From Clostridia bacterium (GTDB lineage Bacteria; Bacillota; Clostridia; Oscillospirales; Acutalibacteraceae), in the NCBI GenBank assembly GCA_017431035.1, contig JAFRLW010000028.1, positions 71,823-135,822 of the forward strand: 64,000 nt of DNA, in the 5' to 3' direction. Each line of letters begins with the position of its first letter. The stretch's first letter is position 1. The notes below the pieces were generated by a model that saw nothing but the letters and a program-made list of their open reading frames with translations, ran no database searches and had not been told where the DNA came from. The position numbers were made by a program, and so were the translations under genes. Shown piece after piece: positions 1-7,457 of this stretch.

Positions 1-982
1 AAACACCCTCGTTTATAACGCTTGTCCCGTCCGCAACGGAAAGCAACACGCCAAACTGCGGCTGCATATCGGTCGGGAAACCGGGGTGAGGCATAGTCTT
101 TATATTGCAACATTTAGGCCTTGTTGTCATCTTCACCCTTATCGACTCATCATATTCGGTGACCGATGCGCCCACCTCAACAAGTTTTGCGATAATGGAC
201 TCAAGGTGCTTTGGAATAACGTTTTCTATAAGCACGTCGCCTTTTGTAGCAACGGCAGCCACCATATAAGTTCCCGCCTCTATCTGATCGGGTATGATGC
301 TGTACGTCGTACCTTTAAGGTGTTCTACGCCACGTATTCTTATATTACTCGTTCCGGCACCCATAATATTAGCGCCCATAGAGTTGAGGAAGTTTGCAAG
401 GTCAACTATATGCGGTTCCCTTGCGGCGTTTTCTATAACGGTAAGTCCCTTGGCTTTTACGGCGGCAAGCATAATGTTTATAGTAGCGCCGACCGAAACC
501 ATATCGAGATAAACAGAACCGCCGAAAAGTTCTTCTGCGTGGGCTTCAACCATTCCGTTTTCTATCGAAACATCGGCTCCGAGCGTTTCAAACCCTTTAA
601 TATGCAAATCAATGGGTCTGACGCCGAAATCGCAACCGCCGGGAGGCGCCACAACGGCGTTTTTACACCTGCCGAGCAGGGCGCCGAGAAAATAACTCGA
701 GGCACGCATACCCTCCGCCATTTCTTTGGTGACAAGGCAACTTCTGACACCTCTCGGGTCAATACGAACGGTATCTTTATTTATAAGTTTAACATCCGCG
801 CCGAGCGTGGACAGGGATTCAAGTAAGGTCTGAACATCGGATATCTGAGGTAGATTTTCAATTGTGCAAGGCTCATCCGATAATAGTACGGCAGGCAATA
901 TCGCAACCGCCGCATTTTTGGCGCCGCTAATTTTGACGGTGCCCTTTAAGGGTTTACCGCCGTTTATTACGAACTTCTCCAA
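1..982 (-). CDS. murA: UDP-N-acetylglucosamine 1-carboxyvinyltransferase (MurA), N-terminal ~327 codons; gene runs off the left edge
   Basis: Absent from the ORF track because it is open at the window edge. My minus-strand translation from TTG at 982 reads LEKFVINGGKPLKGTVKISGAKNAAVAILPAVLLSDEPCTIENLPQISDV...PPGGCDFGVRPIDLHIKGFE...HPGFPTDMQPQF, which is typical MurA. GGAGGTG lies 8 nt upstream of the TTG. Plus-strand ORFs 86..826, 294..512 and 864..1052 are antisense shadows. Confidence 0.9.
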   Translation of the reverse strand, partial: MEKFVINGGKPLKGTVKISGAKNAAVAILPAVLLSDEPCTIENLPQISDVQTLLESLSTLGADVKLINKDTVRIDPRGVRSCLVTKEMAEGMRASSYFLGALLGRCKNAVVAPPGGCDFGVRPIDLHIKGFETLGADVSIENGMVEAHAEELFGGSVYLDMVSVGATINIMLAAVKAKGLTVIENAAREPHIVDLANFLNSMGANIMGAGTSNIRIRGVEHLKGTTYSIIPDQIEAGTYMVAAVATKGDVLIENVIPKHLESIIAKLVEVGASVTEYDESIRVKMTTRPKCCNIKTMPHPGFPTDMQPQFGVLLSVADGTSVINEGV

Positions 983-1016
983 AAAACCGACACCTCCGCC
1001 TAATATATACAAAAAC

Positions 1017-1045
1017 ATTATACATAGTTTAATGTCATTTGTCAA
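1017..1045 (-). promoter_or_regulatory. sigma-A type promoter for murA
   Basis: On the minus strand: TTGACA (1045..1040), a 17-nt spacer, then TATAAT (1022..1017). Both are perfect hexamers, about 35 nt upstream of the TTG start. Confidence 0.6.
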
Positions 1046-1050
1046 TTTAT

Positions 1051-1096
1051 AACTACAATATCTTTTACTATTAAACTACAATATCTTTTACTATTA
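1051..1096. repeat. perfect 23-bp tandem direct duplication (AACTACAATATCTTTTACTATTA x2)
   Basis: Read directly: 1051..1073 and 1074..1096 are identical. The repeat sits immediately upstream of the murA -35 box and downstream of the znuA stop codon. Confidence 0.9.
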
Positions 1097-1132
1097 TTTG
1101 ATAAAAGCCCTGCAAATATACAATATAAGCGA

Positions 1133-2101
1133 CTATTTATAGATGACTTTTTTAAGAGTGTTCAAATTATCGGTCATTATTTTAAGATAATCGGCGCCCT
1201 CGCTCTTTTCCTTTTCGGTTATAGACTGCAAGGAGTTAAGCGATACGATTTCGGCATTTTTTTGCTTTGTGTTGTTCTTTACGGTTTTGGCTATTGCACC
1301 GTCGGAAGTTTCGATTTTGATTATACTTTTAAGCCCTAATTCATCAACCTTGTTTGCCAAAAAGATTATTGTTTCAAAACTTGCTTCGGTCTCCGCTGAA
1401 CAACCCTTAAAGGCGGCGTAATAGTCAAGTCCGTAATCCCTGAACATATACGCAAAGGGGAAACGGTCGGCAATTACAAGGGTCTTATAGTCCGCATTAT
1501 CAATAGCCTCACTGTATAAAGAGTCAAGATTATCTATTTTCTCTATATACTCGTCAGCACCCTTTTTGTAGTTTTCTTTATTGTCGGCATCTTTTTCTCC
1601 CAATGCTTCGGCTATTGCGCTAGTGGCGATTTTTGCATTTTTAAGAGAAAGCCAGATATGTTCGTCAAGTTCCTCATCGTGCTCTTCCTCGTCATGCTCT
1701 TCTTCGTCCTGCATACCCTCTTTCAGTTCTTCACTGAGTGCGTTTTCGCCGATTATTTCCATAAGGTTAAGGGTTATCATATCTTTGTTGTGCGCTTCTT
1801 TCAGTGCGTCTTCCACCCACTCGTCCGACTCACCGCCGACGTAAATAAAAACATCACAGTCGGATATAGTGAGAATATCTTTTGCTGTCGGTTGAAAACT
1901 ATGCAAATCAACGCCCGTATCGAGCAACATTGTAAGATCTATATCATCATTATTCTTTCCTATAATGTTCTCGGTCCAGTCATAAATCGGAAAAACGGTT
2001 GTAACAACCTTTATTTTTTCGTTATTTAAAGCTCTATCGCAACCGGCAAAAAGGGTTACGAGAAGTATTACCGATATTATTAAAGTGATTATTCTTTTCA
2101 T
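1133..2101 (-). CDS. znuA: zinc ABC-transporter substrate-binding lipoprotein (ZnuA/AdcA family)
   Basis: Lipoprotein signal with lipobox LFAGC. His/Asp/Glu-rich loop EEEHDEEEHDEELDEH as in ZnuA-type cluster-9 binding proteins. Co-oriented downstream of a Fur-family (Zur-like) gene. Confidence 0.8.
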   Translation of the reverse strand: MKRIITLIISVILLVTLFAGCDRALNNEKIKVVTTVFPIYDWTENIIGKNNDDIDLTMLLDTGVDLHSFQPTAKDILTISDCDVFIYVGGESDEWVEDALKEAHNKDMITLNLMEIIGENALSEELKEGMQDEEEHDEEEHDEELDEHIWLSLKNAKIATSAIAEALGEKDADNKENYKKGADEYIEKIDNLDSLYSEAIDNADYKTLVIADRFPFAYMFRDYGLDYYAAFKGCSAETEASFETIIFLANKVDELGLKSIIKIETSDGAIAKTVKNNTKQKNAEIVSLNSLQSITEKEKSEGADYLKIMTDNLNTLKKVIYK

Positions 2102-2150
2102 TTTTTTATCCTCCGTTTATTAAAGTAAAAATCCACAAAATATAATCTTT

Positions 2151-2432
2151 TTAATTTGTCATTTTCACTTTTAATCTAATAGGAGTTGATAAAGTTTCGC
2201 CGGTTTTTTTATTAAAGTTTATTTTATTAGCGGACACGCCGCATAAAAATACCGCCAAAACAAATAAAACCGCCATTTTGACTGTTTTTGAACATATTGA
2301 TATTATCTCGCATATTTCACACTCTTCACCGGCACAATCGTGATCCAGTTTTACCGATACAAGAAGCAAAGAAGAAAGAACAAATATAACGGCGAGAACA
2401 AGTGAGAGGAGTGTTTTTATTCGTTTTGTCAT
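2151..2432 (-). CDS. small Cys-rich two-TM membrane protein, unknown function
   Basis: Two hydrophobic helices flank DHDCAGEECEICEIISIC. The ATG at 2432 shares one base with the zur stop codon (TAATG), implying translational coupling. I chose the start at MTKRIKTLL rather than the longer ORF-track start. Confidence 0.5.
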   Translation of the reverse strand: MTKRIKTLLSLVLAVIFVLSSLLLVSVKLDHDCAGEECEICEIISICSKTVKMAVLFVLAVFLCGVSANKINFNKKTGETLSTPIRLKVKMTN

Positions 2433-2830
2433 TATCTTGCCCTTTCTTTGCATTTTTTACAAATGCCGAAAAACATTGTGGCGTTTGGGTCTATATCAAA
2501 ATCCGTGGCACGTTTTACACTATCGATAACGTCACCGGATACTTTATTCTCTACGTGAAACGTTTTTCCGCATTTTGTGCAGGAAATATGCAGGTGGTTT
2601 TTACATTCTTTCAGCATAGACGAGCGATAAAATGCTTTGCGGTTTTCCTGTTTTACGACACGCATTACGGCGCCCTGTTTTTCAAGGGCGTCAATATTTC
2701 TGTAAACAAAGCTTATACTTACTTCCCCTTTAAGCCCATCGGCTATTTCGTCGGCGGAAAAGGACCTGTCCGCATTTTCCCTCAAAAAATCGAGGAGCCT
2801 TTCTCTTTGTTTTGTGTTGTACCTTTGCAA
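2432..2830 (-). CDS. zur: Fur-family metalloregulator, probably Zur
   Basis: N-terminal winged helix (TKQRERLLDFL...SADEI) and C-terminal CxxC...CxxC (CTKCGK...CKKCK). Operon context with znuA. Confidence 0.75.
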   Translation of the reverse strand: MQRYNTKQRERLLDFLRENADRSFSADEIADGLKGEVSISFVYRNIDALEKQGAVMRVVKQENRKAFYRSSMLKECKNHLHISCTKCGKTFHVENKVSGDVIDSVKRATDFDIDPNATMFFGICKKCKERAR

Positions 2831-2849
2831 ATTATCACCTGAATAATAG

Positions 2850-2870
2850 ATTTGCGAATTTTTCGCAAAT
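2850..2870. promoter_or_regulatory. 21-bp perfect palindrome, candidate Fur/Zur box
   Basis: ATTTGCGAA-TTT-TTCGCAAAT, with 9-bp arms. It lies just downstream of the -10 box of the zur promoter, so it would overlap the transcription start. Confidence 0.55.
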
Positions 2871-2872
2871 TA

Positions 2873-2901
2873 AGTTTATCATAAACAATCATTTTTGTCA
2901 A
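2873..2901 (-). promoter_or_regulatory. sigma-A type promoter of the zur operon
   Basis: Minus strand: TTGACA (2901..2896), 17-nt spacer, TAAACT (2878..2873). Confidence 0.5.
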
Positions 2902-2912
2902 TTCCGTTTCTA

Positions 2913-2955
2913 TATAAAAAACCCCTGCTAAAAAAACAATGTTCACTAGCAGAGG
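2913..2955 (-). terminator. intrinsic terminator after membrane-protein gene 2972..3619
   Basis: 9-bp stem CCTCTGCTA/TAGCAGGGG (2947..2955 pairs with 2922..2930, one G-U pair), followed on the minus strand by TTTTTTAT. Confidence 0.6.
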
Positions 2956-2971
2956 TTTTAATAAAATATAA

Positions 2972-3619
2972 TTATATTTTTTCCGTTTTTACTTCTTTTA
3001 TAAACGCAACAATAAGCAGGATGTAGCATATTGTTTTCGGCAACATCAACATACCGAGTATCGGCAACAGCCCTGCCGCTACGGCTACGGGAATATAAAA
3101 AAGGAAAGACAATAAAATATAAATCCAGACGTTTTTAAATGTTCTTTTTTCTTTTCTATGCTTAAAGAAAAGCAGAACCATTATACCGCCTATAATAACA
3201 AACGGGATGTTCCTTATTATACCGAAAAGGGTATCGCTGCTGTTTTGAAGCCAGCCGTTTTGCGGTAAAAAACAAAGTATAAATCGGAAAGCTAAAAGCA
3301 CAAATAGTAATATAGTAAGTTTCTTGTTTTCTTTGACCTCATAATACCCTATATATACGTAGTACAAAAGTATATAAAACACGGTCATTGTAAGCGAGGT
3401 CACAAGTTTTCCGATACCGAGCGCCGCAGTAAAATCGGCGTCAACAAAATAGTTTAATACCCTCGGTATCAAATGAAAAGAGTCGCCAAGTCCTAATATA
3501 ACAGCCGACAGACCCATAAGTTTTTGAGGCCTGTTACGAGCCTTTTTCAGTATAACAATACCGCTACATATCGCAAAGACGAGGTAAAGAATATCAAATA
3601 CCGACTCACCGTATCTCAT
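2972..3619 (-). CDS. polytopic membrane protein, unknown function
   Basis: 215 aa and almost entirely hydrophobic helices. There is a 4-nt start/stop overlap with the upstream flavin reductase gene. Confidence 0.6.
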   Translation of the reverse strand: MRYGESVFDILYLVFAICSGIVILKKARNRPQKLMGLSAVILGLGDSFHLIPRVLNYFVDADFTAALGIGKLVTSLTMTVFYILLYYVYIGYYEVKENKKLTILLFVLLAFRFILCFLPQNGWLQNSSDTLFGIIRNIPFVIIGGIMVLLFFKHRKEKRTFKNVWIYILLSFLFYIPVAVAAGLLPILGMLMLPKTICYILLIVAFIKEVKTEKI

Positions 3620-4179
3620 TTTATTTTAAGCCCGTCCTTGAAAGCGTCTCCCACTCTGCCGGAAACTTTATAATAACCGTGAGTGTAGGGGTCAAACGCA
3701 ATGGCTGAAAGTTTATCAATATCGACCTTTCCTTCAACCAAAAACTCCTCTTCAACCGAAGTTTTAAGCACCTCGCCTATAACGCCTATTCCTGTAGCGT
3801 CGCTTTGATATTCAACAAAACGGCACTCCATGGCTATCGGGAGTTCATTTATAATCGGTGCGTCAACAAGTTCGCTTTTTACATAGGTCATTTTGCTCTT
3901 ACTAAACTTATCGGGCACGGTTTTGCTACTTGCCATACCGAAATAATCGGCTTCCACAACGTGTTTTGCATCGGCAATATGAACGACAAAACCGCCTCTT
4001 TTTTTGATATTCTCAACGGTTTTGTGTGTTTCGGTAAGATTAAGCGCCACCCTTGTTGGTTCTAACATTGTACCCCAAGCGGCGTTCATAACGTCAACGC
4101 TTCCGTCCTCATTAAAGGTGGAAATCAAAAGCACGGGCATCGGGAAAATGGCTTCGGTTGTTTTTATTTGTTTTTTCAT
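3616..4179 (-). CDS. flavin reductase-like FMN-binding protein (flavoredoxin family)
   Basis: N-terminus FPMPVLLISTFNEDGSVDVMNAAWG, typical of the split-barrel flavin reductase family. Confidence 0.8.
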   Translation of the reverse strand: MKKQIKTTEAIFPMPVLLISTFNEDGSVDVMNAAWGTMLEPTRVALNLTETHKTVENIKKRGGFVVHIADAKHVVEADYFGMASSKTVPDKFSKSKMTYVKSELVDAPIINELPIAMECRFVEYQSDATGIGVIGEVLKTSVEEEFLVEGKVDIDKLSAIAFDPYTHGYYKVSGRVGDAFKDGLKIK

Positions 4180-4183
4180 AGTG

Positions 4184-4528
4184 TTACTCCTTTATAATTT
4201 TTTTGTATTTATTACCCCACTCGCTCATAGAGTCAAGTACCGGGCGCATAGACTCACCTATTTCCGACAGGGCATATTCAACGTGTGGTGGAACTTCGGG
4301 AAAAACCGTTCTTGTGATAATTCCGTCCGCTTCCATTTGCCTTAAACTCTCGGTAAGCACCTTTTGGCTTATTCCCTCAAGGTTTTTTTGAAGTTCGTTA
4401 AAACGCCAGGGGCGGTTTTGCAAATTGCGGAGTATAAGAAGTTTCCATTTTGTACCCACAAGCGCAACCGTTGTCGCAACGGGACACTCGGGCAGTCCCT
4501 TTTTTGTCTTCATAATATGCCAATACAT
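4184..4528 (-). CDS. HxlR-family transcriptional regulator
   Basis: CPVATTVALVGTKWKLLILRNL...RFNEL...GISQKVLTESLRQMEADGII is the HxlR winged-helix signature. Confidence 0.85.
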   Translation of the reverse strand: MYWHIMKTKKGLPECPVATTVALVGTKWKLLILRNLQNRPWRFNELQKNLEGISQKVLTESLRQMEADGIITRTVFPEVPPHVEYALSEIGESMRPVLDSMSEWGNKYKKIIKE

Positions 4529-4673
4529 CCTTTTTTGTATGTTACAGTAATATTATAATGTATTGTAATTCTATTATCAAGTAAAATAAGTCTATGGTTA
4601 CAAAAAAGTGCCTACTTGTTATGTGAAAATATTTTGATATAATTAAACTATAATCAAAAAAGGCGGTGAGGAT

Positions 4674-5600
4674 ATGATAATAAACACGGGACAAAGAACG
4701 GATATTCCCGCTTTTTACCCGGAGTGGTTTGCAAACAGGCTGAAAGAGGGTTACGTTTGCGTCAGAAACCCGTATTATGAACATCAAATCAGTCGTTATC
4801 GCCTTGATCCTTCGGTGGTTGACTGCATCGGATTTTGCACCAAGAACCCCGCGCCGATGTTCAAATATATGGACTTGCTTAAAAAATTTGGGCAATACTG
4901 GTTTGTTACAATTACTCCCTACGGACGAGATATCGAGCCAAACGTTAAGGATAAATATGAAGTTATAAACGATTTTAAGCGTTTAAGCGATATTGTCGGC
5001 ATAAACTCTATCGGCTGGCGATACGACCCTATTTTTATAACGGAAAAATACTCTATCGACTATCATATCAGGGCGTTTTCAAAAATTGCAAATGAACTGA
5101 AGGGCTATACAAATACTGCCGTGATAAGTTTTATTGACCTTTATAATAAAGTAAAGCAAAACTTTCCCGAAGCAAAACCCGTAGAAAAGGAAGAACGACT
5201 CTATCTCGGCAAAAGGCTTGTTGAAATTGCCACTCAATACGGCATGACCTTAAAACCCTGCGCCGAAGGAAATGACCTCGCAATTTACGGTGCTGACTGT
5301 AGCGGATGTATGAAAATATCCGACTATGAAAAGGCGATAGGGCAAAAGCTCATTGTCCCTAAAAGAAAGGGCGCAAGGAGTGAATGTGCTTGTTATTTAT
5401 CCTGCGATATAGGGGCGTATAACACCTGCCGTCACCTTTGCAAATATTGTTATGCAAACAAAAGCGCCGACTATGTTATGCAAAACACCAAAAACCATAT
5501 TGTTTCTTCCCCGTTGCTTATAGGAAATATAGGTGAGGGCGACACGGTGCATGACGTTTTTCAAAAATCGTGGATAGCGCCGCAAAAACAGTTTTTTTAG
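4674..5600 (+). CDS. DUF1848-family protein with a C-terminal CX3CX2C cysteine triad
   Basis: N-terminus MIINTGQRTDIPAFYPEWFANRLKEGYVCVRNPY matches my recollection of DUF1848. CRHLCKYC lies near the C-terminus. GGTGAGGA RBS. Confidence 0.7.
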   Translation: MIINTGQRTDIPAFYPEWFANRLKEGYVCVRNPYYEHQISRYRLDPSVVDCIGFCTKNPAPMFKYMDLLKKFGQYWFVTITPYGRDIEPNVKDKYEVINDFKRLSDIVGINSIGWRYDPIFITEKYSIDYHIRAFSKIANELKGYTNTAVISFIDLYNKVKQNFPEAKPVEKEERLYLGKRLVEIATQYGMTLKPCAEGNDLAIYGADCSGCMKISDYEKAIGQKLIVPKRKGARSECACYLSCDIGAYNTCRHLCKYCYANKSADYVMQNTKNHIVSSPLLIGNIGEGDTVHDVFQKSWIAPQKQFF

Positions 5601-5611
5601 TAGGTGATAAT

Positions 5612-6382
5612 ATGACAAACAAAGAAAAAAGAGAGTACCTCATACGCTATCTTTTAGCCGAGCGAGGCGAAAATAGTGTTCTTATTCCAAATGACGAATA
5701 TGAGCAAAGAAACCTTTTGCGTTCCCTTTTTAACGTGCGAACACCCGGTAAGGTAAGTGAAGAATACAAACAAATTGAGGGTGAATACTTAAGGGAAGAA
5801 ATAGCAAAAAAAGGTGTTACCGACTACAAAACGCTGACTCCGATAAAGCCCGGTATTTACCTTTGGCAAGGCGATATAACAACCCTTAAATGCGGCGCTA
5901 TAGTTAATGCGGCAAACTCCGGTATGACGGGTTGTTGGCAACCTTTACACAACTGTATAGATAACTGTATTCACACCTATGCAGGAGTGGAACTTAGAAA
6001 CACCTGTGATAAGATTATGAAAGAGCAGGGGCACAAAGAGCCCACCGGCAAAGCAAAAATCACTTTGTCTTACAACCTGCCCTGCCGCTATGTTATACAT
6101 ACCGTAGGCCCGATAGTAAACGGGCTTTTAGAGAACAGTCACAAAGAACTTCTCGCCTTATGTTATCGCTCTTGTCTTGAAATTGCCGACTGTTACAATA
6201 TAGAGAGCATCGCCTTTTGTTGTATTTCGACCGGTGTTTTCGGTTTTCCGCAAAGCGAGGCGGCAAAGATAGCAATAAAGACAGTAGAAGAATATTTAGA
6301 AAATACAAAAAGCAAAATAGAGGTGATTTTTAATGTTTTCAGAGCCGACGATTATAAAATATACCGAGAATTACTCAAATAG
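5612..6382 (+). CDS. macrodomain protein (protein-ADP-ribose hydrolase, SirTM-linked type)
   Basis: GDITTLKCGAIVNAANSGMTG...IHTVGP...ISTGVFGFP are macrodomain motifs. I chose the start at ATG 5612 (AGGTGA RBS), not the longer ORF at 5570. Confidence 0.85.
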   Translation: MTNKEKREYLIRYLLAERGENSVLIPNDEYEQRNLLRSLFNVRTPGKVSEEYKQIEGEYLREEIAKKGVTDYKTLTPIKPGIYLWQGDITTLKCGAIVNAANSGMTGCWQPLHNCIDNCIHTYAGVELRNTCDKIMKEQGHKEPTGKAKITLSYNLPCRYVIHTVGPIVNGLLENSHKELLALCYRSCLEIADCYNIESIAFCCISTGVFGFPQSEAAKIAIKTVEEYLENTKSKIEVIFNVFRADDYKIYRELLK

Positions 6383-7253
6383 CATAAAAAAACTAAAACA
6401 GGCGCTAAAGACGGCTGACACCGTAGTTATAGGCGCAGGTGCGGGGCTTTCCACCTCGGCAGGTTATATTTATAACGGCGAGCGGTTTTTAAGATATTTT
6501 TCCGATTTTAACGAAAAATACGGTTTTTCGGATATGTATTCGGGCGGATTTTACCCTTATGCCACAAAAGAGGAGTTTTGGGGCTTTTGGTGTAGAAACA
6601 TTTATATAAACCGTTATACGAAAACGCCGAAACCTGTTTACAGTGAACTGCTTGAACTTATAAAAGACAAAGAATATTTTGTTATAACAACAAACGTTGA
6701 CCACTGTTTTCAAAAGGCGGGTTTTGATAAAAAACGCATTTTTTATACTCAGGGTGATTACGGACTTTTTCAGTGTAGTACCCCCTGCCACAATGCGACC
6801 TATGATAATGAGGAAATCATACGCGCTATGATACTGTCAGAAGATTTTGAAATAGCAGAAAACGGAGAACTGATTTTCCCTAAAGACAAAAAGGTGAAAA
6901 TGACCGTTCCTTCCGACCATTTGCCCACCTGTCCCGTTTGCGGAAAACCGATGACCCTAAATCTTCGTTCAGATAATCGGTTTGTCGAGGACGAGGGTTG
7001 GCACAAGGCGGCGGAAAGATACGAAAACTTTCTTCGCACGAGGGGTGGCAAAACGCTCTTTTTAGAACTCGGCGTAGGATATAATACCCCCGTAATTATA
7101 AAATACCCGTTTTGGAATATGACGGCAAAAAATAAAGACGCCACCTATGCCGCCGTTAATCTCGGCGAGTCGGTGACAATAGATACCATAGCCGACCGCT
7201 CGATTTGTATAAACGCCGACATAGGCGATACCATAAAAGATTTAGCCGACTAA
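6333..7253 (+). CDS. class-M sirtuin (SirTM-like, macrodomain-linked SIR2 family)
   Basis: VVIGAGAGLSTSAG, ITTNVDHCFQKAG, YTQGDYG (Gln-Gly where classical sirtuins have His-Gly) and zinc cysteines CSTPC...CPVCG. Overlaps the macro gene by 50 nt, with a GAGGTGA RBS inside that gene. Confidence 0.8.
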   Translation: MFSEPTIIKYTENYSNSIKKLKQALKTADTVVIGAGAGLSTSAGYIYNGERFLRYFSDFNEKYGFSDMYSGGFYPYATKEEFWGFWCRNIYINRYTKTPKPVYSELLELIKDKEYFVITTNVDHCFQKAGFDKKRIFYTQGDYGLFQCSTPCHNATYDNEEIIRAMILSEDFEIAENGELIFPKDKKVKMTVPSDHLPTCPVCGKPMTLNLRSDNRFVEDEGWHKAAERYENFLRTRGGKTLFLELGVGYNTPVIIKYPFWNMTAKNKDATYAAVNLGESVTIDTIADRSICINADIGDTIKDLAD

Positions 7254-7269
7254 GAGAATAAAAAAGAAA

Positions 7270-7301
7270 GGGGACAACGTTCAGTTGTCCCCCCGTTTTT
7301 A
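7270..7301 (+). terminator. intrinsic terminator after the sirtuin gene
   Basis: GGGGACAAC-GTTCA-GTTGTCCCC stem-loop followed by CCGTTTTTAT. Confidence 0.75.
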
Positions 7302-7330
7302 TATATTTTTATAATTCTTTTTTTACCTTG

Positions 7331-7359
7331 TTGACAACAACAAATCTCCGTGATACAAT
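7331..7359 (+). promoter_or_regulatory. sigma-A promoter of the ABC transporter operon
   Basis: TTGACA (7331..7336), 17-nt spacer, TGaTACAAT extended -10 (TACAAT at 7354..7359). Confidence 0.6.
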
Positions 7360-7360
7360 A

Positions 7361-7376
7361 GTTAGGCAAGGCTAAC
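7361..7376. promoter_or_regulatory. inverted repeat GTTAG-N6-CTAAC, copy 1, at the transcription start
   Basis: GTTAGGCAAGGCTAAC. The extended palindrome ATAGTTAG..CTAACTAT spans 7358..7379. Confidence 0.4.
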
Positions 7377-7426
7377 TATTTTCTTGTTATGTTGAAGAGT
7401 CAAACTCTTTATTTTTTTAGATGTGA

Positions 7427-7442
7427 GTTAGCACCTGCTAAC
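7427..7442. promoter_or_regulatory. inverted repeat GTTAG-N6-CTAAC, copy 2, just upstream of the RBS
   Basis: GTTAGCACCTGCTAAC has the same half-sites and spacing as copy 1. It ends 3 nt before GGGAGG. Confidence 0.4.
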
Positions 7443-7457
7443 AAGGGAGGATAAATT

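Noticed and set aside
86-1052. Plus-strand ORFs 86..826 (246 aa), 294..512 and 864..1052
   Set aside because: They lie antisense to a clear murA reading frame that the ORF track omits because it is open at the window edge. None has an RBS, and their composition is that of a shadow frame.
7389-7454. 21-codon upstream ORF (MLKSQTLYFFRCELAPANKGG) ending inside the RBS of the ABC ATPase gene
   Set aside because: It has no Shine-Dalgarno sequence upstream and no resemblance to known leader peptides. It is mentioned under the leader finding but not called as a gene.
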